Shown here in pieces: positions 36,261 to 42,526 of a DNA stretch of 61,812 nt (the first letter of the stretch is position 1; every line of letters begins with the position of its first letter). The notes beneath the pieces were generated by a model, which had not been told where the DNA came from, did not search any database, and saw only the letters and a program-made list of their open reading frames with translations. Origin of the DNA: a virus; the IMG/VR virus record IMGVR_UViG_3300045988_111035. One strand, written 5' to 3'. The translations under genes and the position numbers were made by a program.

Positions 36261-36285
36261 GAGGGTTCGACTCCCTCCTGCGCCA
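36261..36285 (+). other. tRNA 3'-end-like fragment (T arm + acceptor 3' strand): attP core candidate
   Basis: GAGGG-TTCGACT-CCCTC followed by CTGCGCC-A. No matching 5' acceptor strand (GGCGCAG), D arm or anticodon arm lies within 100 nt upstream. Confidence 0.45.
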
Positions 36286-36316
36286 CTAATTTACAAACAT
36301 TTAAAGATTTACAAAC

Positions 36317-36538
36317 ATGAAGAAATTCAAGACATTATCCTGCATCGCCGTTTGGGCGATTCTCATTTGGATGGGACTGAGCAAGCTATCGACCGCCATA
36401 CATGACGAGAACGTGGTGGCACAAATGTCGCAATCCACCTACGACGAGATTGTGGACACGCTCACCATCAACAACAACGGCTTTGCCCCTAGCGAGCACC
36501 AGATAGTGACATACTATTATGAACGCTACGCCAAGTAA
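36317..36538 (+). CDS. Small membrane protein
   Basis: 73 aa with an N-terminal TM segment (LSCIAVWAILIWMGL). Confidence 0.5.
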   Translation: MKKFKTLSCIAVWAILIWMGLSKLSTAIHDENVVAQMSQSTYDEIVDTLTINNNGFAPSEHQIVTYYYERYAK

Positions 36539-36674
36539 GCCCTACATTCATGCGGAGTGCAACCTATGCGAGCATGGGCGCAACTGCATCAACGGCAAGT
36601 ACTGCCTTGCACACAAGATGTACGTCCAGCTCATAGAGAAACTTCCGTGCAAACAACAACAAACAATCAAGTGA
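36519..36674 (+). CDS. Small Cys-rich (zinc-ribbon-like) protein, 51 aa
   Basis: MNATPSKPYIHAECNLCEHGRNCINGKYCLAHK... It overlaps the previous stop codon, ends 3 nt before the MTase start, and is not in the ORF track. Confidence 0.45.
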   Translation: MNATPSKPYIHAECNLCEHGRNCINGKYCLAHKMYVQLIEKLPCKQQQTIK

Positions 36675-36677
36675 TAT

Positions 36678-37934
36678 ATGAATCACGCAAGTTTATTCAG
36701 CGGAATCGGTGGGGCTGAGGTAGCCGCATCTTGGATGGGATGGCACAACGCCTTCCACTGCGAGATACAGGAGTTTCCCCGAAAGGTCCTGGAATACTGG
36801 TTCCCAAACTCAGAAAGTTATGAAGACATTACCAAAACAGACTTCACAAAGTGGCACGGCAAGGTCGATGTTCTCACAGGAGGATTCCCCTGCCAACCTT
36901 TCTCCCTCGCTGGTCGAAGAAAGGGAGCGGACGATAACCGCTACCTCTGGCCGCACATGCTTCGGGCGATTCGGGAAATTCAGCCCACTTGGGTCGTTGG
37001 TGAGAACGTTGCTGGAATCAAGACGATGGTGGAGTCCTGCCAAGTCGCTAAGTTGGGGCGTTCAGACGATATATTCGAGGAGAATCACATATACCGAGAG
37101 GAAAGCAAGTTCACACTCGACAAAATCTGCCAAGACCTTGAAGAAGCTGGATATTCCGTCCAACCGCTTGTTATTCCAGCTTGTGCCGTCGGAGCACCGC
37201 ACAGAAGAGACAGGGTTTGGATTGTTGCCCACCGTGCAGACGCAAGGGCTGAAACAATGCAACAAGGACGGCAAGACGGAGTTCATGCCGCTAGACCTTC
37301 TGCCGACTCCCAATGCAATGGACTTTCCACACAAGGGAATGGAAATCAACGAGAAGGGAAGAAGGAATCCCAAGAAGGGCAAGACAGACCACAGCCTAGG
37401 TCTAGAAGACATGGCAGTGGCACAACTCCTTCCTACGCCCACGGCACTCGACAAAGGAGGAGGAAGAATAAACAAGAGCCTTTCACCGAATGCAGCAGAA
37501 CGCCCAACCTTGGCACTCGCCGCTCGAAAAGGCTTGCTTCCCACTCCTACAGCAATGGAAGCCACGAAGTTCACCAAGACCATCAATCCCAATTCCCAGA
37601 TGGGGCAAGGACTAACAGCCTTGGCGGTCAACGGTCTTCTCCTCATTCCAAGTGCAACAGATGGTCTCAGAAGTACAATGACAATGGATTCTTTGAAGAG
37701 CCACAACAAGGAGAATGCCAACCTAGCGGAGCAGATAGCCCACAAAGTAGGTGGCGGAACTTCCCAACTCAATCCCCTGTTTGTAGAGGAAATGATGGGA
37801 TTCCCTTTGATGTGGACAGCCTTACCATTTCTTTCCCCAAGTGGCGACAAGAATCCATAAAGGCATACGGCAACGCATGGGTGCCACAAGTGGCATACGA
37901 GATATTCCGTGCCATAGAGGAAATATCCCTCTAA
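36678..37934 (+). CDS. DNA (cytosine-5)-methyltransferase, frame 0
   Basis: Motif I is LFSGIGG. Motif IV is GGFPCQPFS (PCQ at 36888..36896). Motif VI is GENV (37002..37010). Motif VIII is APHRRDRVWIVA. Motif X is YGNAWVPQVAYEIF. The middle ~190 codons are R/Q/S/G/H-rich low complexity. Confidence 0.9.
   Translation: MNHASLFSGIGGAEVAASWMGWHNAFHCEIQEFPRKVLEYWFPNSESYEDITKTDFTKWHGKVDVLTGGFPCQPFSLAGRRKGADDNRYLWPHMLRAIREIQPTWVVGENVAGIKTMVESCQVAKLGRSDDIFEENHIYREESKFTLDKICQDLEEAGYSVQPLVIPACAVGAPHRRDRVWIVAHRADARAETMQQGRQDGVHAARPSADSQCNGLSTQGNGNQREGKKESQEGQDRPQPRSRRHGSGTTPSYAHGTRQRRRKNKQEPFTECSRTPNLGTRRSKRLASHSYSNGSHEVHQDHQSQFPDGARTNSLGGQRSSPHSKCNRWSQKYNDNGFFEEPQQGECQPSGADSPQSRWRNFPTQSPVCRGNDGIPFDVDSLTISFPKWRQESIKAYGNAWVPQVAYEIFRAIEEISL
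36820..37860 (+). CDS. Overlapping +1-frame ORF (346 codons) with LLPTPxAxD repeats and an MGFPxxW motif
   Basis: Five spaced repeats: LLPTVQTQG (37222), LLPTPNAMD (37297), LLPTPTALD (37426), LLPTPTAME (37534) and LLLIPSATDG (37636). NPLFVEEMMGFPLMWT also occurs, with MMGFPLMWT at 37792..37818. Internal ATGs lie at 36820 and 36868. Confidence 0.5.
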   Translation: MKTLPKQTSQSGTARSMFSQEDSPANLSPSLVEERERTITATSGRTCFGRFGKFSPLGSLVRTLLESRRWWSPAKSLSWGVQTIYSRRITYTERKASSHSTKSAKTLKKLDIPSNRLLFQLVPSEHRTEETGFGLLPTVQTQGLKQCNKDGKTEFMPLDLLPTPNAMDFPHKGMEINEKGRRNPKKGKTDHSLGLEDMAVAQLLPTPTALDKGGGRINKSLSPNAAERPTLALAARKGLLPTPTAMEATKFTKTINPNSQMGQGLTALAVNGLLLIPSATDGLRSTMTMDSLKSHNKENANLAEQIAHKVGGGTSQLNPLFVEEMMGFPLMWTALPFLSPSGDKNP

Positions 37935-37966
37935 GTTATGCAAATTGACTAACCAAGTAAAGAACA

Positions 37967-39331
37967 ATGAAATCAGACGGCTACATCATCACTCCCGAGC
38001 TGTTGCAGTGGAGATACTTCCATCGCCCAGTGGTCGTGCAGGTGCTCATCCATGTGCTCCTGTCTTCCACCCACAACGAGGCATCCGCTGCGACCCTCTC
38101 CTACCGTGACCTTGCCTTGCAGCTCCATGCGACGGTGAAGGCGGTACGCTGCGCCATTGACGTGCTCGTAGCCGAGAGAATCATCACCAAATGCACCTCC
38201 CCAAGGTCTTCCACCAAACTCTATATTAACAGTTCACACCCTCTATCCCACTGCGTCATACCATGGCAAAATGACATTAGGGCACAAGCCACGGCACAGA
38301 TTGGGGCACAACAAGGGGCACAGTTTTCACATTTACAACACGCTGACAATCAAGGTTGTAAGGTGTATTACCAAGACGGTAGGGGCACAGATAGGGGCAC
38401 GGCTACGGCACACATTAGGGCACAGCAAAAACGTGGGGCACAAGCTACGGCACAGATTGGGGCACAGATTTCACACTCCAAAACCCCTTTAAATAAAGGT
38501 GTTCCCGAGGATTTTGAGCCAAGCAAGGGCACAGATGAGGACACAAGCAAGGGCACAGGAGTAAGAGGAAAGAAACAAAGAAAAGAAAACACTTCCCCTG
38601 AAACCCCTATAAAAGAAAACAAACAAAGAAAGCAGAAAGCCCCCACCCAAACACCCAAAAAAGAAAAAAAAAAAAAGTTGGTGGATGCCGAAGCTCAGTT
38701 CTTGGAAGTGCTAAGGCTCTTCAACCGCCTGTTCATGGGCACGCAAGTAAAGTCAATCTCGAAGATGACACCCGACCGCAAGAAGCTGGTCGCCAAGTTT
38801 ATCTCAGATTACTCCTACGAGGACATAGAGCCAATGCTTCGGAAGGCACTCAATTCCGACCTTCTTTCTGGGCGCAAGGATGGAGACTGCTACATTTCCT
38901 TCAACTGGCTCTTCAATCCCAAGAACTACGAGCCTCTGATGGAAGGCACATTCGACAACCCGAAGGTTGCAGCCTCAGCGAGAAAGAAGGCATCAGCCAT
39001 GGCTCAACCCACAGTCTCAGCACCGTCTCCACCTTCCGAGCCTCAGCGACAACTGAGCTACGAGGAGTCCGAGGCGTTGAAGACCAAGCTGAGGGAAGAC
39101 AAGGAGAAGGCTGACAAGGAGAAGCTAAGGCAAAGGTATCTGGACTACATCGAGGCAAGCAAGGACAATCCAAACGGCACGATGGCGAAGATTGTGCGCC
39201 AAGCCTACCAAGACGGCACGCTGGCAAACCTAGGAATCGTGTGGAATCCGTCCATCGAGGAAGAAAACCAGTCGCTCCTAGACTTGGATGACCAGACACA
39301 GAGTTACCTACAGAGCATTTTATCAGATTGA
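37967..39331 (+). CDS. Replication initiator/replisome-organiser-like protein with internal iterons
   Basis: 454 aa. It has an N-terminal wHTH-like region, a central AQ-rich tandem repeat, a K-rich linker, and a C-terminal ...CYISFNWLFNPKNYEPLMEGTFDN typical of phage replication-organiser C-termini (from memory). Confidence 0.5.
   Translation: MKSDGYIITPELLQWRYFHRPVVVQVLIHVLLSSTHNEASAATLSYRDLALQLHATVKAVRCAIDVLVAERIITKCTSPRSSTKLYINSSHPLSHCVIPWQNDIRAQATAQIGAQQGAQFSHLQHADNQGCKVYYQDGRGTDRGTATAHIRAQQKRGAQATAQIGAQISHSKTPLNKGVPEDFEPSKGTDEDTSKGTGVRGKKQRKENTSPETPIKENKQRKQKAPTQTPKKEKKKKLVDAEAQFLEVLRLFNRLFMGTQVKSISKMTPDRKKLVAKFISDYSYEDIEPMLRKALNSDLLSGRKDGDCYISFNWLFNPKNYEPLMEGTFDNPKVAASARKKASAMAQPTVSAPSPPSEPQRQLSYEESEALKTKLREDKEKADKEKLRQRYLDYIEASKDNPNGTMAKIVRQAYQDGTLANLGIVWNPSIEEENQSLLDLDDQTQSYLQSILSD
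38276..38560. repeat. Iteron-like array: 13 GGCAC(A/G) units at about 12-bp phasing in three clusters
   Basis: Units start at 38281, 38293, 38305, 38316, 38382, 38394, 38406, 38418, 38435, 38447, 38459, 38527 and 38551. There is also a 31-nt near-repeat GGCACAAGC(C/T)ACGGCACAGATTGGGGCACA at 38281 and 38435. Confidence 0.8.
38664..38676 (+). repeat. A13 homopolymer inside the replication gene
   Basis: AAGAAAAAAAAAAAAAGTTGG, encoding a KKKK stretch about 100 bp after the iteron array. Confidence 0.9.
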
Positions 39332-39352
39332 CAACTTAAAAATTTCATCATC

Positions 39353-39904
39353 ATGAACAAAGAACAATTACAGCAGCTCCTCAACGGAAAGATGGAGCAA
39401 GAGAAAAAGCCTCATCAGAGGAAGGTTCAGCGTGAGGGCGGTTTGCAAATCGCATGTGTGCAGTGGTTTCGCTACCAGTACCCATCATTTGCCAAGCTTC
39501 TCTTCCATCCCAAGAACGAGGCTGACGGAGCACAAGGCAAGAAGATTGCCATCAATGCCGCCGCTGGTGTGGTGGCTGGCGTTCCAGACCTCATCCTTGC
39601 GCTACCTGCAATCACGGTTGACGGAAACGATTACGACTACGTGCATGGCTTGGGCATCGAACTGAAATACGGTCACACCAATAACCAGTCCTTCCATCAG
39701 AAGCAGTTCCAGGAGCATTGGGAGACCGCTGGCTACGTCTATAAGCTATGCCGCTCGTTGGAGGACTTCCAAGAGGTTGTCAACGCCTACATGAAGGAAG
39801 TGCCAAAGCTGACGAAGGAATGTCTATGCGAACTGCACCGCAAGGACGAGGACACCGAATCCAACAAACTATTGTTGAAGAAAATCACAAGAAAGGAGGC
39901 ATGA
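39353..39904 (+). CDS. VRR-NUC domain nuclease (PD-(D/E)xK)
   Basis: GVPDLILAL ... GIELKYG gives the D...ExK motif. The N-terminal QIACVQWFRYQYP is typical of VRR-NUC. Confidence 0.65.
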   Translation: MNKEQLQQLLNGKMEQEKKPHQRKVQREGGLQIACVQWFRYQYPSFAKLLFHPKNEADGAQGKKIAINAAAGVVAGVPDLILALPAITVDGNDYDYVHGLGIELKYGHTNNQSFHQKQFQEHWETAGYVYKLCRSLEDFQEVVNAYMKEVPKLTKECLCELHRKDEDTESNKLLLKKITRKEA

Positions 39905-39905
39905 C

Positions 39906-40175
39906 ATGGAACTAGGATTCATCATGGCAATGGCTTGTCTAGTCACGGTAGGTTGCATATACCTCTGCCTCATTGTCAAGAACGAACGCCGAAAATGCGG
40001 TTCATGCAAGTTCTTCACGCCCAAAGGCAAGTATTGCGGCACATGCAACGGATTCGGCGAATCCCGATTCAAGTGGGAACTCTGCGGACATTGGAAACGC
40101 ATCCCGAAAGAAGAAAGCAAGGAGGAGAGTTTCAAAAAAAGGAGATTGGGTAAGAATTGTTGCGTATCACAATGA
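39906..40175 (+). CDS. TM + Cys-rich (CxxC..CxxC) small protein
   Basis: 89 aa: MELGFIMAMACLVTVGCIYLCLIV then RKCGSCKFFTPKGKYCGTCNGFG. Confidence 0.55.
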   Translation: MELGFIMAMACLVTVGCIYLCLIVKNERRKCGSCKFFTPKGKYCGTCNGFGESRFKWELCGHWKRIPKEESKEESFKKRRLGKNCCVSQ

Positions 40176-40398
40176 CTACATCTTATCCTGGGTAGGTCCA
40201 ATAAAGAACAGCTCTGAGTATTGCATCCTTTTCGACTTCTGTATCTGTGGTGGATATGATGTAAGAATGAATTTTATTGTCAAACTTACAGACATGGGAG
40301 ACGAGCGTTTTGCATACAAGATTCCGAAGGAAGAAATCGAGATAATAAAAAAATACCTTGCCATGACTGTCATGAGCAAGAAACAAATGAGAAAGTAA
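40141..40398 (+). other. Protein-like open frame (+1 relative to 39906 ORF) lacking its own start until 40267; possible frameshift continuation at the A7 run
   Basis: GDWVRIVAYHNDYILSWVGPIKNSSEYCILFDF... is open from the A7 tract (40134..40140). The first in-frame ATG after the tract is at 40267. Confidence 0.35.
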
Positions 40399-40442
40399 CG
40401 CAAGAAGCTGCCAGGGGCGTATGGTATTGAGTAATTAACCAA

Positions 40443-40471
40443 TCCTCTCCTTGGTGACAGCAGGGAGAGGA
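40443..40471 (+). terminator. Hairpin at the left boundary of the AT-rich SD-bearing island
   Basis: TCCTCTCC / GGAGAGGA forms an 8-bp stem with a 13-nt loop, 45 nt after the stop codon at 40398. Confidence 0.5.
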
Positions 40472-40486
40472 ATAATAAAGAAGAAT

Positions 40487-40633
40487 ATGAATGTAGATAA
40501 AGCAAAGAGAAACATCAGAAAAGTATATAAAGATATTCAGACAGAATCTGCTTATGGCAGTGCAGCTAGTGTTAGCAAGATGAATGAATGGGCAGAAATA
40601 CTTGATGATGCACTTGCATTCTTAGGAGACTGA
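40487..40633 (+). CDS. Small helical protein (48 aa)
   Basis: ATG within ORF 40451..40633, in the AT-rich island. Confidence 0.45.
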   Translation: MNVDKAKRNIRKVYKDIQTESAYGSAASVSKMNEWAEILDDALAFLGD

Positions 40634-40727
40634 CTTATGAATAAAATGTATCAGATAGACCAAGACCTCAAAGACAAGCTAGTCAAAATGAGTTAGCCTT
40701 GGCAATTAAGGAATTAGGGGATTGATT

Positions 40728-41015
40728 ATGAAGAAAATTTATATGATTATAAGAATTTTAACTTGTAAGAAAGTTATTCTTATCTCAGAGTTAAGTGAAA
40801 AATTCTATAAAATATCTTTTGATGGTTTAGACGAGATTGAAGCAACCAGAATTATTAAAAATATTATTGTAACAATGAATAGTATGAATAAAGAATTTAT
40901 AAAAGGTCAGCTTAAAGGTGCTTTGTATTGGCTTAATAAGTCAAATACAGAGAAAGACGTCTTGCACGCTAAAGATAGTATAAATATGGCACTTAAAGAA
41001 TTGGAGGAAGAATAA
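40728..41015 (+). CDS. Small hypothetical protein (95 aa)
   Basis: ATG preceded by AGGGGATTGATT (SD-like). The C-terminus is ..MALKELEEE. Confidence 0.5.
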   Translation: MKKIYMIIRILTCKKVILISELSEKFYKISFDGLDEIEATRIIKNIIVTMNSMNKEFIKGQLKGALYWLNKSNTEKDVLHAKDSINMALKELEEE

Positions 41016-41146
41016 TGAGTAAGGAAAAAGCTATCGAGAAAATCCATAAAAGTATTGACATACTTAAATGGTATCGTGTGTCAAAGAATGAGAAGAATAA
41101 AGCTATTTGTTTTTTGCGTGAGGCAATTAACGAGTTGGAGGAGTAA
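41015..41146 (+). CDS. Small hypothetical protein (43 aa)
   Basis: TAATG overlap with the previous gene and the SD TTGGAGGAAG 5 nt upstream. The C-terminus is ..REAINELEE. Not in the ORF track. Confidence 0.45.
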   Translation: MSKEKAIEKIHKSIDILKWYRVSKNEKNKAICFLREAINELEE

Positions 41147-41149
41147 ATT

Positions 41150-41338
41150 ATGGCTACATCAAGAAAGAAACAACTATGGTATCTTTGGATAGCGAGAGAT
41201 AAACGTCAACTACACCCAAAATACCATGATGAATTGGAGCTACATGGTAAGCTCCATGTATTTTATGACTCACCAATATTAAAAAATGGCAAATGGACAT
41301 CTGCGAGACAATTAGGCGGAGAGATCCGTCTTAAATGA
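41150..41338 (+). CDS. Small hypothetical protein (62 aa)
   Basis: SD GTTGGAGGAG 6 nt upstream. Confidence 0.5.
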   Translation: MATSRKKQLWYLWIARDKRQLHPKYHDELELHGKLHVFYDSPILKNGKWTSARQLGGEIRLK

Positions 41339-41343
41339 TAAAT

Positions 41344-41514
41344 ATGACAAGAGAAGAATTATAAAATGAACTTGGCGATGCTGTCTGTGAGTATTGCAAT
41401 AAGAACATCATTTCAGCCTATAACCTTGGTATAGGCTGGCTTTGTGAAGGGCATTATTGTGAAGAAGCACAAGATGGCTACGCAGATGAAAATAATATAG
41501 AGTTGGAGGATTGA
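41344..41514 (+). pseudogene. Zinc-ribbon-like small gene interrupted by an in-frame TAA (41362..41364)
   Basis: ATG ACA AGA GAA GAA TTA TAA AAT GAA CTT.. translates as MTREEL*NELGDAVCEYCNKNIISAYNLGIGWLCEGHYCEEAQDGYADENNIELED. There is no in-frame start codon after the stop. Confidence 0.4.
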
Positions 41515-41516
41515 TT

Positions 41517-41897
41517 ATGGATAGAAATCAAGCAAAAGAGCTACTGCCTATTATTACGGCATACAGCGAAGGAAAGGAAATACAAATACAGCATATTGAT
41601 GGTACGTGGCAAGATGCTAAATATCTCAACCTTGGCAGAGGTTTGATTTACCGCATCAAGCCAGAGCCTACCTACCGCCCTTTTGCCAACGCAGAAGAGT
41701 GCTGGCATGAAATAAGAAAACATGAGCCGTTCATTAAATACAAGACCATAGAAAGTAGTAAGGACGTTTATCTCATTATTCAAAGAATAAAGACTGACGG
41801 AATCGAAACAGATGTTGAACGGCTTGATTTTGAAACGGCTTTTGAATGTTTTACATTTGCTGATGGAACACCATTTGGAATTTTAGAGGAGGAATAG
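41517..41897 (+). CDS. Hypothetical prophage protein (126 aa)
   Basis: SD GTTGGAGGATTG upstream. KPEPTYRPFANAEECWHE...FTFADGTPFG is a pattern common in prophage accessory proteins (from memory). Confidence 0.55.
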   Translation: MDRNQAKELLPIITAYSEGKEIQIQHIDGTWQDAKYLNLGRGLIYRIKPEPTYRPFANAEECWHEIRKHEPFIKYKTIESSKDVYLIIQRIKTDGIETDVERLDFETAFECFTFADGTPFGILEEE

Positions 41898-41899
41898 AT

Positions 41900-42133
41900 A
41901 TGACAAAAACCAAGATAGTAAGAAGTTGGGATAAGGAGAAAAAGGAAGAGGTATATACTTTCTATGAGTACTTCCAATGTATTTTCTTTCCTTTTGTTGG
42001 TAGTTGGGTTAAAGACCCAATGAGAACAAATGTGAATGGTAAAAGAATGGTAGAGTTAGCTTCTATTCTTCTTAATATGGATGAAGAAACTATTATTACA
42101 GAAGTTGACTATAAATCTTATAAGGAGGAATAG
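41900..42133 (+). CDS. Small hypothetical protein (77 aa)
   Basis: SD AGAGGAGGAA upstream. Confidence 0.5.
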   Translation: MTKTKIVRSWDKEKKEEVYTFYEYFQCIFFPFVGSWVKDPMRTNVNGKRMVELASILLNMDEETIITEVDYKSYKEE

Positions 42134-42135
42134 TT

Positions 42136-42526
42136 ATGAGAGAAATCAAGTTTAAGGCTAAACGCCTCGATAACGGAGAATGGTGTGAAGGCTATTTCTA
42201 CGAAGAAAATGGCAATACATACATCATCGAGAACCGACAGAAAGAAAGTATGCTAAACCGGTATGCTAAACCGAAATGTTGTCCATCAGGTTGACCGTTC
42301 TACGGTCTGCCAGTTCACAGGGCTGAAAGACTGCGATGGAACGGACATCTTTGAGGGAGACCTTCTGGCAGAAAAAAGATTTCCTATGTATGAAGTAGGA
42401 TATGTCGATAGTGAATTTGCGGCTTCTTACATTGGAGAAAACACATTTATATTCAAACTCCCTGCTTTAAGCAAGGACTGTGTGGTCTGTGGCTCAATAT
42501 ACGACAGAAAGGAAGGTGAAAAATGA
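42136..42526 (+). pseudogene. yopX: YopX-family gene disrupted by a 13-bp tandem duplication
   Basis: The N-terminus MREIKFKAKRLDNGEWCEGYFYEENGNTYII is in one frame. The C-terminus VHQVDRSTVCQFTGLKDCDGTDIFEGDLL (the YopX hallmark) is in another. GTATGCTAAACCG occurs at 42248..42260 and again at 42261..42273, and removing one copy restores the frame. Confidence 0.75.

Noticed and set aside
35990-36290. A complete tRNA, suppressor tRNA or tmRNA gene ending at the T arm/acceptor at 36261..36285
   Set aside because: The required 5' acceptor strand (GGCGCAG or a G-U variant) is absent. The nearest partial matches (GGCGCAC at 36127, GGCGCAA at 36042) mismatch at the stem base and are not followed by D or anticodon arms. 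No tag-like reading frame with a resume codon was evident. It is kept only as a tRNA 3' fragment and attP candidate.
35997-36320. 107-aa ORF in the 410-bp gap after the Xis-like gene
   Set aside because: The translation is not protein-like (MDCMGKYHCEDWCSTGARHLRF...). It runs through the tRNA-like fragment and the inverted repeats, so the region is better interpreted as non-coding.
37215-37221. GGGTTTG as a canonical -1 programmed frameshift heptamer at the frame-0 to frame+1 switch of the MTase
   Set aside because: In frame 0 the codons are AGG GTT TGG, so the heptamer is not phased X XXY YYZ. The required shift is also +1, not -1. No convincing recoding signal could be verified by eye.
37062-37967. 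301-aa minus-strand ORF across the C5-MTase locus as a real gene
   Set aside because: Its translation is low-complexity (P/S/L/V/R-rich) and it has no promoter or start context. It is most likely a by-product of the stop-codon depletion caused by the two sense-strand frames. It is noted only as part of the dual-frame finding.
38276-38560. CRISPR array
   Set aside because: The repeats are 6-8-bp units at 12-bp phasing inside a coding sequence, without 25-40-bp unique spacers. No cas genes are present anywhere in the window.
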